Positions 1-8,005 of a DNA stretch of 15,536 nucleotides are shown piece by piece (position 1 is the stretch's first letter; each line of letters begins with the position of its first letter). The stretch comes from Octopus sinensis (Eukaryota). The stretch is from assembly GCF_006345805.1 (NCBI RefSeq), contig NW_021825461.1:1-15536 (forward strand), read 5' to 3'. Under the pieces are notes generated by a model. It had not been told where the DNA came from. It ran no database searches and worked only from the letters and a program-made list of their open reading frames with translations. Position numbers and translations under genes: made by a program.

Positions 1-181
1 TGTATATATGGCTGGTTATTTATGAGTATTTATGTATATGCAAGTGTATATCAGTATATAACATGCATAACTATACTACATGTAATATGAATATATAACA
101 TGAAATCATTTTATATAAATGTATAATTATATGTATATATACATATGCATGCATATGTATATATGCGTATATATACATATG

Positions 182-247
<66 letters not shown>
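1..247. repeat. AT-rich low-complexity DNA ending in an interrupted (TA)n microsatellite (~181-247)
   Basis: Direct reading. The (TA)n tract abuts the 3' end of SINE A. Confidence 0.95.
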
Positions 248-253
<6 letters not shown>

Positions 254-546
254 ACCGACCAGACCATCAGATGTTGCTACACATCGCTGGTCACAATGCG
301 TTCGCATTGATTTAGCCTTCGAATGACGCCACCCCGCTAGCTAAGCGAGAGGCCAGGCCAACAGAAGAAAGAGTGAGAGAAAGAGTGGTGAAAGAGGATA
401 GCAGGGATCACCACCACTGCCGGAGCCTCGTGGAGCCTTTTGGGTGTTTTCGCTCAACAAACCCACCCACAAAAACCCGATCTGGGAATCGAAACCGCGA
501 TCCTACGACTGCGAGCCGCTGCCCTAACCACTGGCCATTGCGCCTC
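246..546 (-). mobile_element. tRNA-derived SINE, family A (full length, ~300 bp)
   Basis: Minus strand begins GAGGCGCAATGGCCAGTGGTTAGGGCAGCGG...GGTTTCGATTCCCAG. Pol III A-box-like TGGCCAGTGG at 528-537, B-box-like GGTTTCGATTCC at 485-496, then a non-tRNA body and a (TA)n tail. No acceptor-stem pairing, so not a tRNA gene. Resembles octopus tRNA-derived SINEs (OK/OR families); exact family not determined. Confidence 0.85.
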
Positions 547-569
547 ATATATATATATATATATAATAT

Positions 570-600
<31 letters not shown>
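547..600. repeat. Interrupted (TA)n microsatellite
   Basis: Direct reading. Confidence 0.95.
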
Positions 601-834
601 GTTCATACATGAAATCCGAATACTCTCCGTATAAAATACACCTTAGTAGTGCTCAAGAGATTTAAACTTGAACGGATATAGAGATAAGCGAAAGGATGAG
701 CGAATTAGACTTATCAATAAATAAAGTGTATCAAATACGTGAATTACAAAAATGTATACATGTAACAAGATCCGATTTACACAGATTAGAAATGATATAG
801 AGAATTAGAAGGGGCTGAAGGAAAAGTATTACAA

Positions 835-900
835 ATCCAACAGCTGTTTCTGGGGGCTCGGCGGTCCTTAATAATGTTTGTAGATTGATTCCCTCATAGC
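835..900 (-). ncRNA. Possible decayed hammerhead-like motif (Penelope-like repeat remnant)
   Basis: Minus strand reads CTATGAGGG-(long spacer)-CCCCCAGAAACAGCTGTT. Resembles a CUGAUGA core missing one G, a GGG/CCC stem II, GAAAC and a palindromic ACAGCTGT stem III. Stem I is not convincing. Confidence 0.25.
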
Positions 901-1158
901 ATAACTCGAGGCCCAGTCTTCAGGGAAGAGATCATATATCTGAGATATTGAAGACAGAAATAAAAAAATGGAAGTACCACCATGTTATATCACCCCTTTA
1001 ATTCTCATATCATTTTTAGTTTGTGTAAGTTGGGCCTCTTTATATTTATATATATATATATATGTACATTTTTTGTATTCCATGTATTTAATACATTTAA
1101 AATATTGATCTGTCAAATTCGCTTATCCCTACATTTACTGATCTTTCTCTCTCGCTCT

Positions 1159-1161
<3 letters not shown>

Positions 1162-1205
<44 letters not shown>

Positions 1206-1238
1206 TACGCTATATAAGCACACACACACACACACACA
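1162..1238. repeat. Compound (TA)n/(CA)n microsatellite
   Basis: Direct reading. Confidence 0.95.
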
Positions 1239-1409
1239 TATGAGTTCAAAGCAAGATGGAGAAGACTGAGCTAAAGTGCTAATGGTAGCGTAAAATTTTA
1301 TGTTTTATCGAAACTAAAATTCTTCACAAACTGCTTTTCATGAAGTCATAAGTGACCGACTATAGAAACAAGTGAAGTTGTATATATGTACATATTTGCT
1401 CAAGTACAC

Positions 1410-1431
1410 ATATATATATATATGTATGTTT

Positions 1432-1493
<62 letters not shown>

Positions 1494-1498
1494 GTATG

Positions 1499-1560
<62 letters not shown>
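1410..1560. repeat. Long interrupted (TA)n microsatellite
   Basis: Direct reading. Confidence 0.95.
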
Positions 1561-1561
<1 letters not shown>

Positions 1562-1626
1562 TTAATATTCGTTTAAAATTTTGGCACAAGACTAAGAGAT
1601 CCAGAAAGGTGTAAGACGATTACATG

Positions 1627-1681
1627 TATATATATGTATATATATGCACACACATATACATAAATACACACACTCACACAC

Positions 1682-1724
<43 letters not shown>
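1627..1724. repeat. Compound (TA)/(CA)n/(TA)n microsatellite
   Basis: Direct reading. Confidence 0.9.
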
Positions 1725-1895
1725 TAATCGCTAAATCCACAAGTTTTCTTCTCTCTTTATTTCCTCATTCCATTCTATAGAAGAGCATAGGCTCGAAACG
1801 TAGAAGACTTTCCCGCGTTCCCGAACACCAGACCAATGTATCTGCTTGTGTTGGTAGACCTGCCTTCGTCTTTTGCTTTTCTGTAAATCACAACT
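1725..1895 (+). mobile_element. Penelope-like short repeat with degenerate hammerhead motif at 1771-1806
   Basis: Pyrimidine-rich lead, then CTATAGA-A-GAGC-ATAG-GCTC-GAAAC-GTA. Shares the GAGC/GCTC-GAAACGT architecture and the terminal AACTATATA junction to (TA)n with the 3990-4195 element. Confidence 0.5.
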
Positions 1896-1905
1896 ATATA
1901 TATAT

Positions 1906-1965
<60 letters not shown>
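1895..1965. repeat. (TA)n microsatellite
   Basis: Direct reading. Confidence 0.95.
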
Positions 1966-1966
<1 letters not shown>

Positions 1967-2047
1967 TCCCTGCTTCCATCTCCTGAGCGCCTATTAATAA
2001 TAATACTGTAATTGTTCTGTTGTTGTTGTTTTTTTGTTCCCTTTTGG

Positions 2048-2054
<7 letters not shown>
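1966..2054 (+). mobile_element. 3' fragment of the same repeat family as 3990-4195
   Basis: CTCCCTGCTTCCATCTCCTGAGCGCCTATTAATAATAATACTGTAATTGTTC...TTTTGGATAAATTATATA aligns by eye with 4098-4195 (CTCCTTCTTCCCTTCTTTCCTGAGCGTCCAATAATACTATATTTGTTC...TTTGGATTAACTATATA). Confidence 0.6.
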
Positions 2055-2085
<31 letters not shown>

Positions 2086-2148
2086 GTATATATATATTTA
2101 TATGTATATGTATATATATATGTATATGTATATGTATATGTATGTATA
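2055..2148. repeat. (TA)n/(TATATG)n low-complexity tract
   Basis: Direct reading. Confidence 0.9.
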
Positions 2149-2150
2149 AT

Positions 2151-2289
2151 TTATTAAAAAGCAGCAAAAATATCATATAAACCATTACTCAGAGTTTCAC
2201 GATCCCGTTCGTGAAAAACTGTCCGACGAATGAGAACTTGAAACTCTGAGTAACTGATTTTGTAACTGATTTTTGCCGCTTTTTAATAA
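2151..2289. repeat. Nested inverted repeat (foldback) with hammerhead-like motifs on both arms
   Basis: Outer arms 2151-2170 / 2270-2289 (20 bp, 1 mismatch). Inner arms 2185-2199 / 2239-2253 (15 bp, perfect). 12-bp tandem duplication GTAACTGATTTT at 2250-2273. Confidence 0.85.
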
Positions 2290-2372
2290 ACATATTACCC
2301 TACCTCTGGTACTCGAGTACTGTTTTACCACCTTGTTTCGCATTTATGTGGTTACTCTGGTATACATCTATG

Positions 2373-2410
<38 letters not shown>

Positions 2411-2413
<3 letters not shown>

Positions 2414-2622
2414 TCTTTTACTCTTTTACTTGTTTCAGTCATTTGACTGCGGTCATGCTGGAGCACCGCCTTTAGTCGACAAAATCAACCCCGGGACTTA
2501 TTCTTTGTAAGCCCAGTACTTATTCTATCGGTCTCATTTACCGAACCGCTAAGTGACGGGGACGTAAACACCAGCATCCGTTGTCAATCAATGCTAGGGG
2601 GACAAACACAGACACTCAAAAC

Positions 2623-2687
<65 letters not shown>

Positions 2688-2850
2688 GACAGACTTCTTT
2701 CAGTTTCCGTCTACCAAATCCACTCACAAGGCATTGGTCGGCCCGAGGCTATAGCAGAAGACACTTGCCCAAGATGCCACGCAGTGGGACTGAACCCGGA
2801 ACCATGTGGTTGGTTAGCAAGCTATTTACCACACAGCCACTCCTGCACCT
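2411..2850 (-). mobile_element. tRNA-derived SINE, family B, full length, with internal (TA)n/(TG)n microsatellite
   Basis: Reverse complement of the 3199-3617 copy, with 7 mismatches over the ~165-nt 5' half. (AAAAGAGT) tail at ~2411-2430, running into (TA)n. Confidence 0.92.
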
Positions 2851-3198
2851 ACTTATGTCTATGTTCCATATACTTTTTAAGTCGAGTGATCTATTTTTCT
2901 ATTTTACTTTCCTTTTTGTTTTTGCATGTATATTTTTATGTCTGACATTTTCCAGACGAACGCTTCTGTAAGCTCCAACGAATGGTAAATATAGTAAACA
3001 TAGTAAATGAAAAGAGTGCATATCTGGCAGATTGTATTGTTTGGCATAAGCGTTATTCCCAACTACTTTGATGTGTGTGTAAATAAGTGCTTATATATTA
3101 TATTACATTTATCATATGCACTATATATTTCATGTATACTAAGCATAAATCATATATTATATATTTCATATTTCTATACATTTATATAATATATATAT

Positions 3199-3617
3199 AG
3201 GCGCAGGAGTGGCTGTGTGGTAAGTAGCTTGCTTACCAACCACATGGTTCCGGGTTCAGTCCCACTGCGTGGCATCTTGGGCAAGTGTCTTCTGCTATAG
3301 CCCCGGGCCGACCAAGGCCCTGTGAGTGGATTTGGTAGACGGAAACTGAAAGAAGCCTGTCGTATATATGTATATATATATGTGTATGTGTGTGTGTTTG
3401 TGTGTCTGTGTTTGTCTCCCTAGCATTGCTTGACAACCGATGCTGGTGTGTTTACGTCCCCGTCACTTAGCGGTTCGGCAAAATAGACCGATAGAATAAG
3501 TACTGGGCTTACAAAAGAATAAGTCCCGGGATCGAGTTGCTCGACTAAAGGCGGTGCTCCAGCATGGCCGCAGTCAAATGACTGAAACAAGTACCAGAGT
3601 AAAAGAGAAAAGAGTAT
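3199..3617 (+). mobile_element. tRNA-derived SINE, family B, full length
   Basis: A-box-like TGGCTGTGTGG at 3210-3220 and B-box-like GGTTCAGTCCC at 3253-3263. CTTGGGCAAGTGTCTT (3276-3291) resembles the start of the CORE-SINE domain. Internal (TA)/(TG) tract at ~3363-3415; AAAAGAG tail. Confidence 0.92.
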
Positions 3618-3618
3618 A

Positions 3619-3792
3619 TACTCTTTACTCATTTACCCTTTCACTTGTTTCAGTCATTTGACTGCGGCCATGCTGGAGCACCGCCTTTAGCCGAAGAAAT
3701 CGACCCCAGGATTTATTCTTTGTAAGCCTAGTACTTATTCTATAGGTCTCTTTTGCTGAAGCGCTAAGTGACGGGGACGTAAACACACCAGC
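3619..3792 (-). mobile_element. SINE B, 3' half only
   Basis: Reverse complement of ~3440-3617; no tRNA head. Confidence 0.9.
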
Positions 3793-3804
3793 GTGTAAGC
3801 TTAT

Positions 3805-3984
3805 CCCCCTAACATCGCTTGACAACCGATGCTAGTGTGTTTACGTCCCCGTAACATAGCGGTTCGTCAAAACAGAATAAGTACTAGGCTTACAAAGAAT
3901 AAGTCCTCGGGTCGATTTGCTCGACTAAATGCGGTGCTCCAGCATGGCCGCAGTCAAATGACTGAAACAAGTAAAAGAATAAAA
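3805..3984 (+). mobile_element. SINE B, 3' half only
   Basis: Matches ~3417-3600 with a short internal deletion. Starts just downstream of where the internal microsatellite lies in full-length copies. Confidence 0.9.
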
Positions 3985-3989
3985 CAACA

Positions 3990-4190
3990 TGTGACCTCGT
4001 GTGTATCGTTGGCGATTTTTTTTCCTCTGTCTTCCCTTCTCGGGATCTTTTCTTCTCCTATGTTTCCGACGAAGAGCTCCGCTCGAAACGTTAAACCCTC
4101 CTTCTTCCCTTCTTTCCTGAGCGTCCAATAATACTATATTTGTTCTACGTCCTCGCATCGTTGTATTTTTTTGTGTCTTCTTGTTTGGAT

Positions 4191-4195
<5 letters not shown>
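3990..4195 (+). mobile_element. Penelope-like short repeat (pLTR-like) carrying a minimal hammerhead ribozyme
   Basis: Contains the motif at 4062-4096. Related partial copies at 1725-1895 and 1966-2054; all end at (TA)n tracts. PLE assignment is inferred from the ribozyme type, since no RT or GIY-YIG ORF is present. Confidence 0.6.
4062..4096 (+). ncRNA. Minimal type I hammerhead ribozyme motif
   Basis: Stem I GTTT(4062-65)/AAAC(4093-96). Core CCGACGA (4066-72; canonical CUGANGA with U4C) plus an extra A. Stem II GAGC(4074-77)-TCC-GCTC(4081-84). GAAAC(4085-89). Loopless palindromic stem III ACGT. Cleavage triplet GTT (4090-92). Confidence 0.7.
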
Positions 4196-4232
<37 letters not shown>

Positions 4233-4280
4233 ATATATATGCATGTGTGTGTGTGTGTGTGTGTGTCTATGTGTGTATAC
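4195..4280. repeat. Compound (TA)n/(TG)n microsatellite
   Basis: Direct reading. Confidence 0.95.
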
Positions 4281-5008
4281 ATACGCACGCAAATAGACTT
4301 ACTCATATACCTTTCTGTTTGTATATACATACTCACACAGGCTCTTATCGCACACGCGCGCACGCACACAAACATGTATTGGTTATACATGTGTCACCTT
4401 AAATGGTATGGTGTAGAATCCAACTGTAAATATACTCAATATATTACAAACATAGAGTCCACATTTCTATTACCATCGAATTAATACCTGATAATGTATT
4501 GATGAATATCTTCAAAGGTTACCGATCGATTTTCCACCTTTGAGACAATATTACAAATACTCAATCATATATTTACAAATTATATATTATGTAACAAATG
4601 TATATTATATCGTCTCTGTTTTTATATATAATACTGCAATCTCTTTTATTTCCTTTCATTATGTAAGTAGTTAGTACAGGATTTGATTGAAATTTTAATT
4701 GAATAACGGCCTTGTTTTCTTCTAACGTTAGCCGAAATTAAGCATCTTTTTTTATTAACTGAAGATCATCAATGAACGAACACAGTTATTACTAAAGATG
4801 TTCAAAACGTGGCCATCTTGTATTTTTGACCGGTGGGTTGGAAATGAGTAAAATTTGCTGATGTTTCAAGCATCACGGTTTTGTTTCGCTTTATATAATA
4901 CATAACACTCGACTTTGTATATACGAAAATTATGTTTTCAGTATGTACTTTCCTAACTTAAGTCACTAAGGTAAGATTTGAGTGAAATTTGGCTCCAAAT
5001 TTTCTGGC

Positions 5009-5032
5009 GATCAACAGTTTTGTGGTAATATA

Positions 5033-5070
<38 letters not shown>

Positions 5071-5211
5071 TTGCCCCTTGCCAGCTCTACTAACAGTTAT
5101 TTGACGAAAAGCGTTCCAGTGGTTCCATATACCAGGAACTAAATTGTCTGATGTATTCTTTATTTAATGCAGTGAGACATGATGTGACTGGAGATGAGTT
5201 GCTGTTTTCAG
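5009..5211 (+). repeat. Direct duplication, copy 1 (contains (TA)n at ~5029-5067)
   Basis: Aligns to 6119-6276. After the TA tract it differs by 5 substitutions, a 1-nt indel and a 15-nt segment (ACAGTTATTTGACGA) absent from copy 2. Confidence 0.9.
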
Positions 5212-5371
5212 CAGGCATAACAGCTATGTGGATGCTTTTATCTTGTTGAGCTGCCTTTTGTTGAGCTGCTGAACATAGAAACTAGTCAGGTGTGACAGTG
5301 GGGAGAAGAACCAGCAAAATTTGGGAAAATCTTCAGATATTGTTACGTTAGCCTGTTGCTACTACTACTGC

Positions 5372-5408
<37 letters not shown>

Positions 5409-5945
5409 GCCCTGATGCAGTATGCGGCAGTGGTTCTCTTGACTTTCGTTGTTAACTGATTGTAAGTGTTATCATGTATATTGTTTTGTCTTGGTATAAA
5501 AGATGGGCTCCATCAGATATTCTGCTCAATAACACGGATTTACTTGTCCGTTGCTTCACCTTAATCACATGAGCATCCCCTAAATGACTGATGATATGTA
5601 CATCTCTGATCACGAGCAGAAGTAGTGGGGAGCATCATAATCACCTGAGAGGAATTCTTTGAGGTTTGTATAATTCACCTCTTGAAACATGGCTGTTTCA
5701 TTCATCATCCTTAACCAGTCCGTATTCAGGGACCTTTTGATTGGAATGGACTACTCAACACGATGAAAATTCTAACTGGGTCCCACCTGCAAGGTCGTGT
5801 GCTGTTTACCTTCATAAGAGAAAGCTATATCGCGCACATGTGGTTATGATGCATGTGCATGATGTAATCTTATCAGACGGGTGGTCATGATGGATATATT
5901 GGTTTTTCATATTTGTAGTTCAGTGTCACTACTCTCTTTCACTCC
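5409..5945 (+). mobile_element. Retroposon-like element C (~540 bp) with (AAT)n/(AAC)n/(GAT)n tail to ~6058
   Basis: Its 3' end (~5833-5945) is the reverse complement of 13338-13462 and 13492-13536. All three copies end at the same point in an (AAT)n tail and the short ones are 5'-truncated, as expected for LINE-driven retroposition. Confidence 0.75.
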
Positions 5946-6067
5946 ATAATAATAATAATAATAATAATAACAACAACAACAACAAAAACAACAACGACAA
6001 CAACAACAGCAACAGCAATAATAATAATAATAATGAGGATGATGATGATGATGATAATACTTGCTAT

Positions 6068-6389
6068 TATAGACACAGTGGGTAGGGCTAGTCGATTAAA
6101 AATAAGTGTTCAGATGATGATCAACAGTGTTGTGCTATATACCATTTTTTTGCCCCTTTGCCGGCTCTACTAAAAGCGTTCCAGTGGTTCCCTATACCAG
6201 GAACTAAATTGTCTGATGTATTCTTTATTTAATGCAGTGAGACATGATTTGACCGGAGAAGAGTTGCTGTTTTCAGAGTTAGAAAAGCAAAGTTAGCCTC
6301 CACTACATCTGAACTCGAAGCGTACAGAGTCATAATTTCCCCTTCGGCATTTTGTCCGGCCTGGTAAATATTCTGTCAACTCACCACTT
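6068..6389 (-). mobile_element. SINE D, split copy (3' piece 6068-6098, 5' piece 6281-6389)
   Basis: GGGTAGGGCTAGTCGATTA matches the reverse complement of the 14639-14805 copy's 3' part. GAAAAGCAAAGTT (6282-6294) matches the reverse complement of the 15038 copy exactly. 6306-6389 on the minus strand is the tRNA-like head. Confidence 0.6.
6119..6276 (+). repeat. Direct duplication, copy 2
   Basis: Aligns to 5009-5211 but has only TATATAC where copy 1 has a long (TA)n. Confidence 0.9.
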
Positions 6390-6552
6390 TGTAGTGAGTA
6401 ACTAACAAGCAAACAAACAAACTCACTAACTAAATAAATAGATTAAGAAATAAATAAAATTTTCACTGCCCCAAGAAGTTGCGTGTCTTCTCTGTGCATG
6501 GGACATAGTAATTTCTGTGTCGCTCCAGTTTTAGATAATGCACTGCTGAAGT

Positions 6553-6589
6553 GATGATAACGACGATGATGAAGATAGTGATTCTTCTT

Positions 6590-6675
<86 letters not shown>

Positions 6676-6720
6676 CATCATCATCATTATTGTTATCATT
6701 ATTATTATTGTAATTATCAT
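6553..6720. repeat. Compound trinucleotide tract (GAT)/(CTT)n/(ATT)n/(CAT)n
   Basis: Direct reading. Confidence 0.95.
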
Positions 6721-6938
6721 TAGCAATTTACAGATGATGATGTTTTTGATGCTATCTCTGTGGAGTCACGTTTCCACAGAACTCCGCGGAAGGCTTTTGC
6801 TTTTCTTTATATCAAAAGCTTTTGGATTATTTTGTTTCATCTACACCACATCCTTGGGTAGAGGAAAGATGTATGTTTAGATATTTTCTATTGTTTAAAT
6901 CTTTTTGGCAAATAGCCTTTTGCTGCACACATGCGAGG

Positions 6939-6990
6939 AAAATGGCCGCACACGGAAGTGGAAAGAAAGGAAACTAGCCAAAGAGGAAGT
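6939..6990 (+). promoter_or_regulatory. Adjacent YY1-like and ETS-like motifs
   Basis: AAAATGGCCGC at 6939-6949, CGGAAGTG at 6953-6960 and AGGAAGT at 6984-6990, in non-repetitive sequence. Motif match only. Confidence 0.3.
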
Positions 6991-7616
6991 AATGTTTCAA
7001 TAAACAAATAAAAACCGAAATCATTAAAGAAACAAATAGATAGAACTTTGAAGCTAATTATTTACACAAGGACGAAGAACAGCGATGAACATTACGTTTA
7101 CAACAAAATCAAAAAGAAAAAGTACAAGCAAAAAATGAAAGAAACCATACGACAAAAGTAATAAGAGAAACTTGAACGCAATTTTCTCTCATTTCTTTAC
7201 GCCGTGGAAATATCAGAGCAACTCGGCTCGAGCCAGCTTAAAGAAAAGGAATGATCCATGTGTATGAAATTTATCCAGGAACAAAGGCGGTGAATTTCTA
7301 TTTTCCTATAAGTGGAGAGAACTTCAATGTGCCATCCTGAATAGTATTATCTGAACCCTGGGCGATATGTAGTAAGGGGTGTGCACCATCGACACATGCA
7401 AAATATGAGGTAGTGTTTACCTTGATTTTAAAATTGAGGACGAAGCGAGAAAACTTGCACAGTTGGTGATCTACATTCATGCACATAAGCTAGACCAAAG
7501 TTTCGGAACCAATTTCCCCCCCTGTTTCCCTATAATTTTCCTGGTAAAAAATAACTATTTATATTTTATCATAAAACTAATGCAAAAGAATATACCGCTA
7601 TCTCTATTATTAAGTA

Positions 7617-8005
7617 CTAGCAGTATTACCCGGCGTTGCTCGGGTTTGTTTCGACCCTTCAGAATTGGAATTTTTGAAAAGTAAAAAAAAATTACATTAT
7701 GTAGCTTGTTATTCTCTTTAAGTGAACATTTTTCTGGTTGAAATACACCGAAAAATGGCGACACAGCAGTCAAAAAATCGTAAAAAATAGGGATTTTCAT
7801 AGAAAAAAAGCAACTTTTTGATGTAAATATTTTATCTTAACATTGTCCGATTTGAATTTTATATTCTACAGAATGAAGAGCAAGCCTTCTTCTATCATAC
7901 TCTCAATTTTGGTCAACTTGCGCCGCAAGGTCTCGGAGGAGATAGTGTTAGTTGAAGGCTACCGAACCTGCCATACACAGACAACTTCAGCTTAATACAT
8001 ATAAA
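7617..8005 (-). mobile_element. Non-autonomous Helitron (~389 bp)
   Basis: Minus-strand 3' end: GC-rich hairpin CCCGAGCAACGCCGGG (7629-7644), 8 nt, then CTAG (7617-7620) followed by T. Presumed 5' end A|TTTATATGTATTAAGCTGAAG near 8005 (TT rather than canonical TC). A|T target, no TSD. Confidence 0.7.

Noticed and set aside
476-546. tRNA gene (also considered for 3199-3270)
   Set aside because: A and B boxes are present but there is no acceptor-stem pairing or complete cloverleaf, and each continues into a repeated SINE body.
4942-4970. Micro-exon between TTTTCAG and AAG|GTAAGA
   Set aside because: Good splice-site matches, but stop codons in all three frames and no other support.
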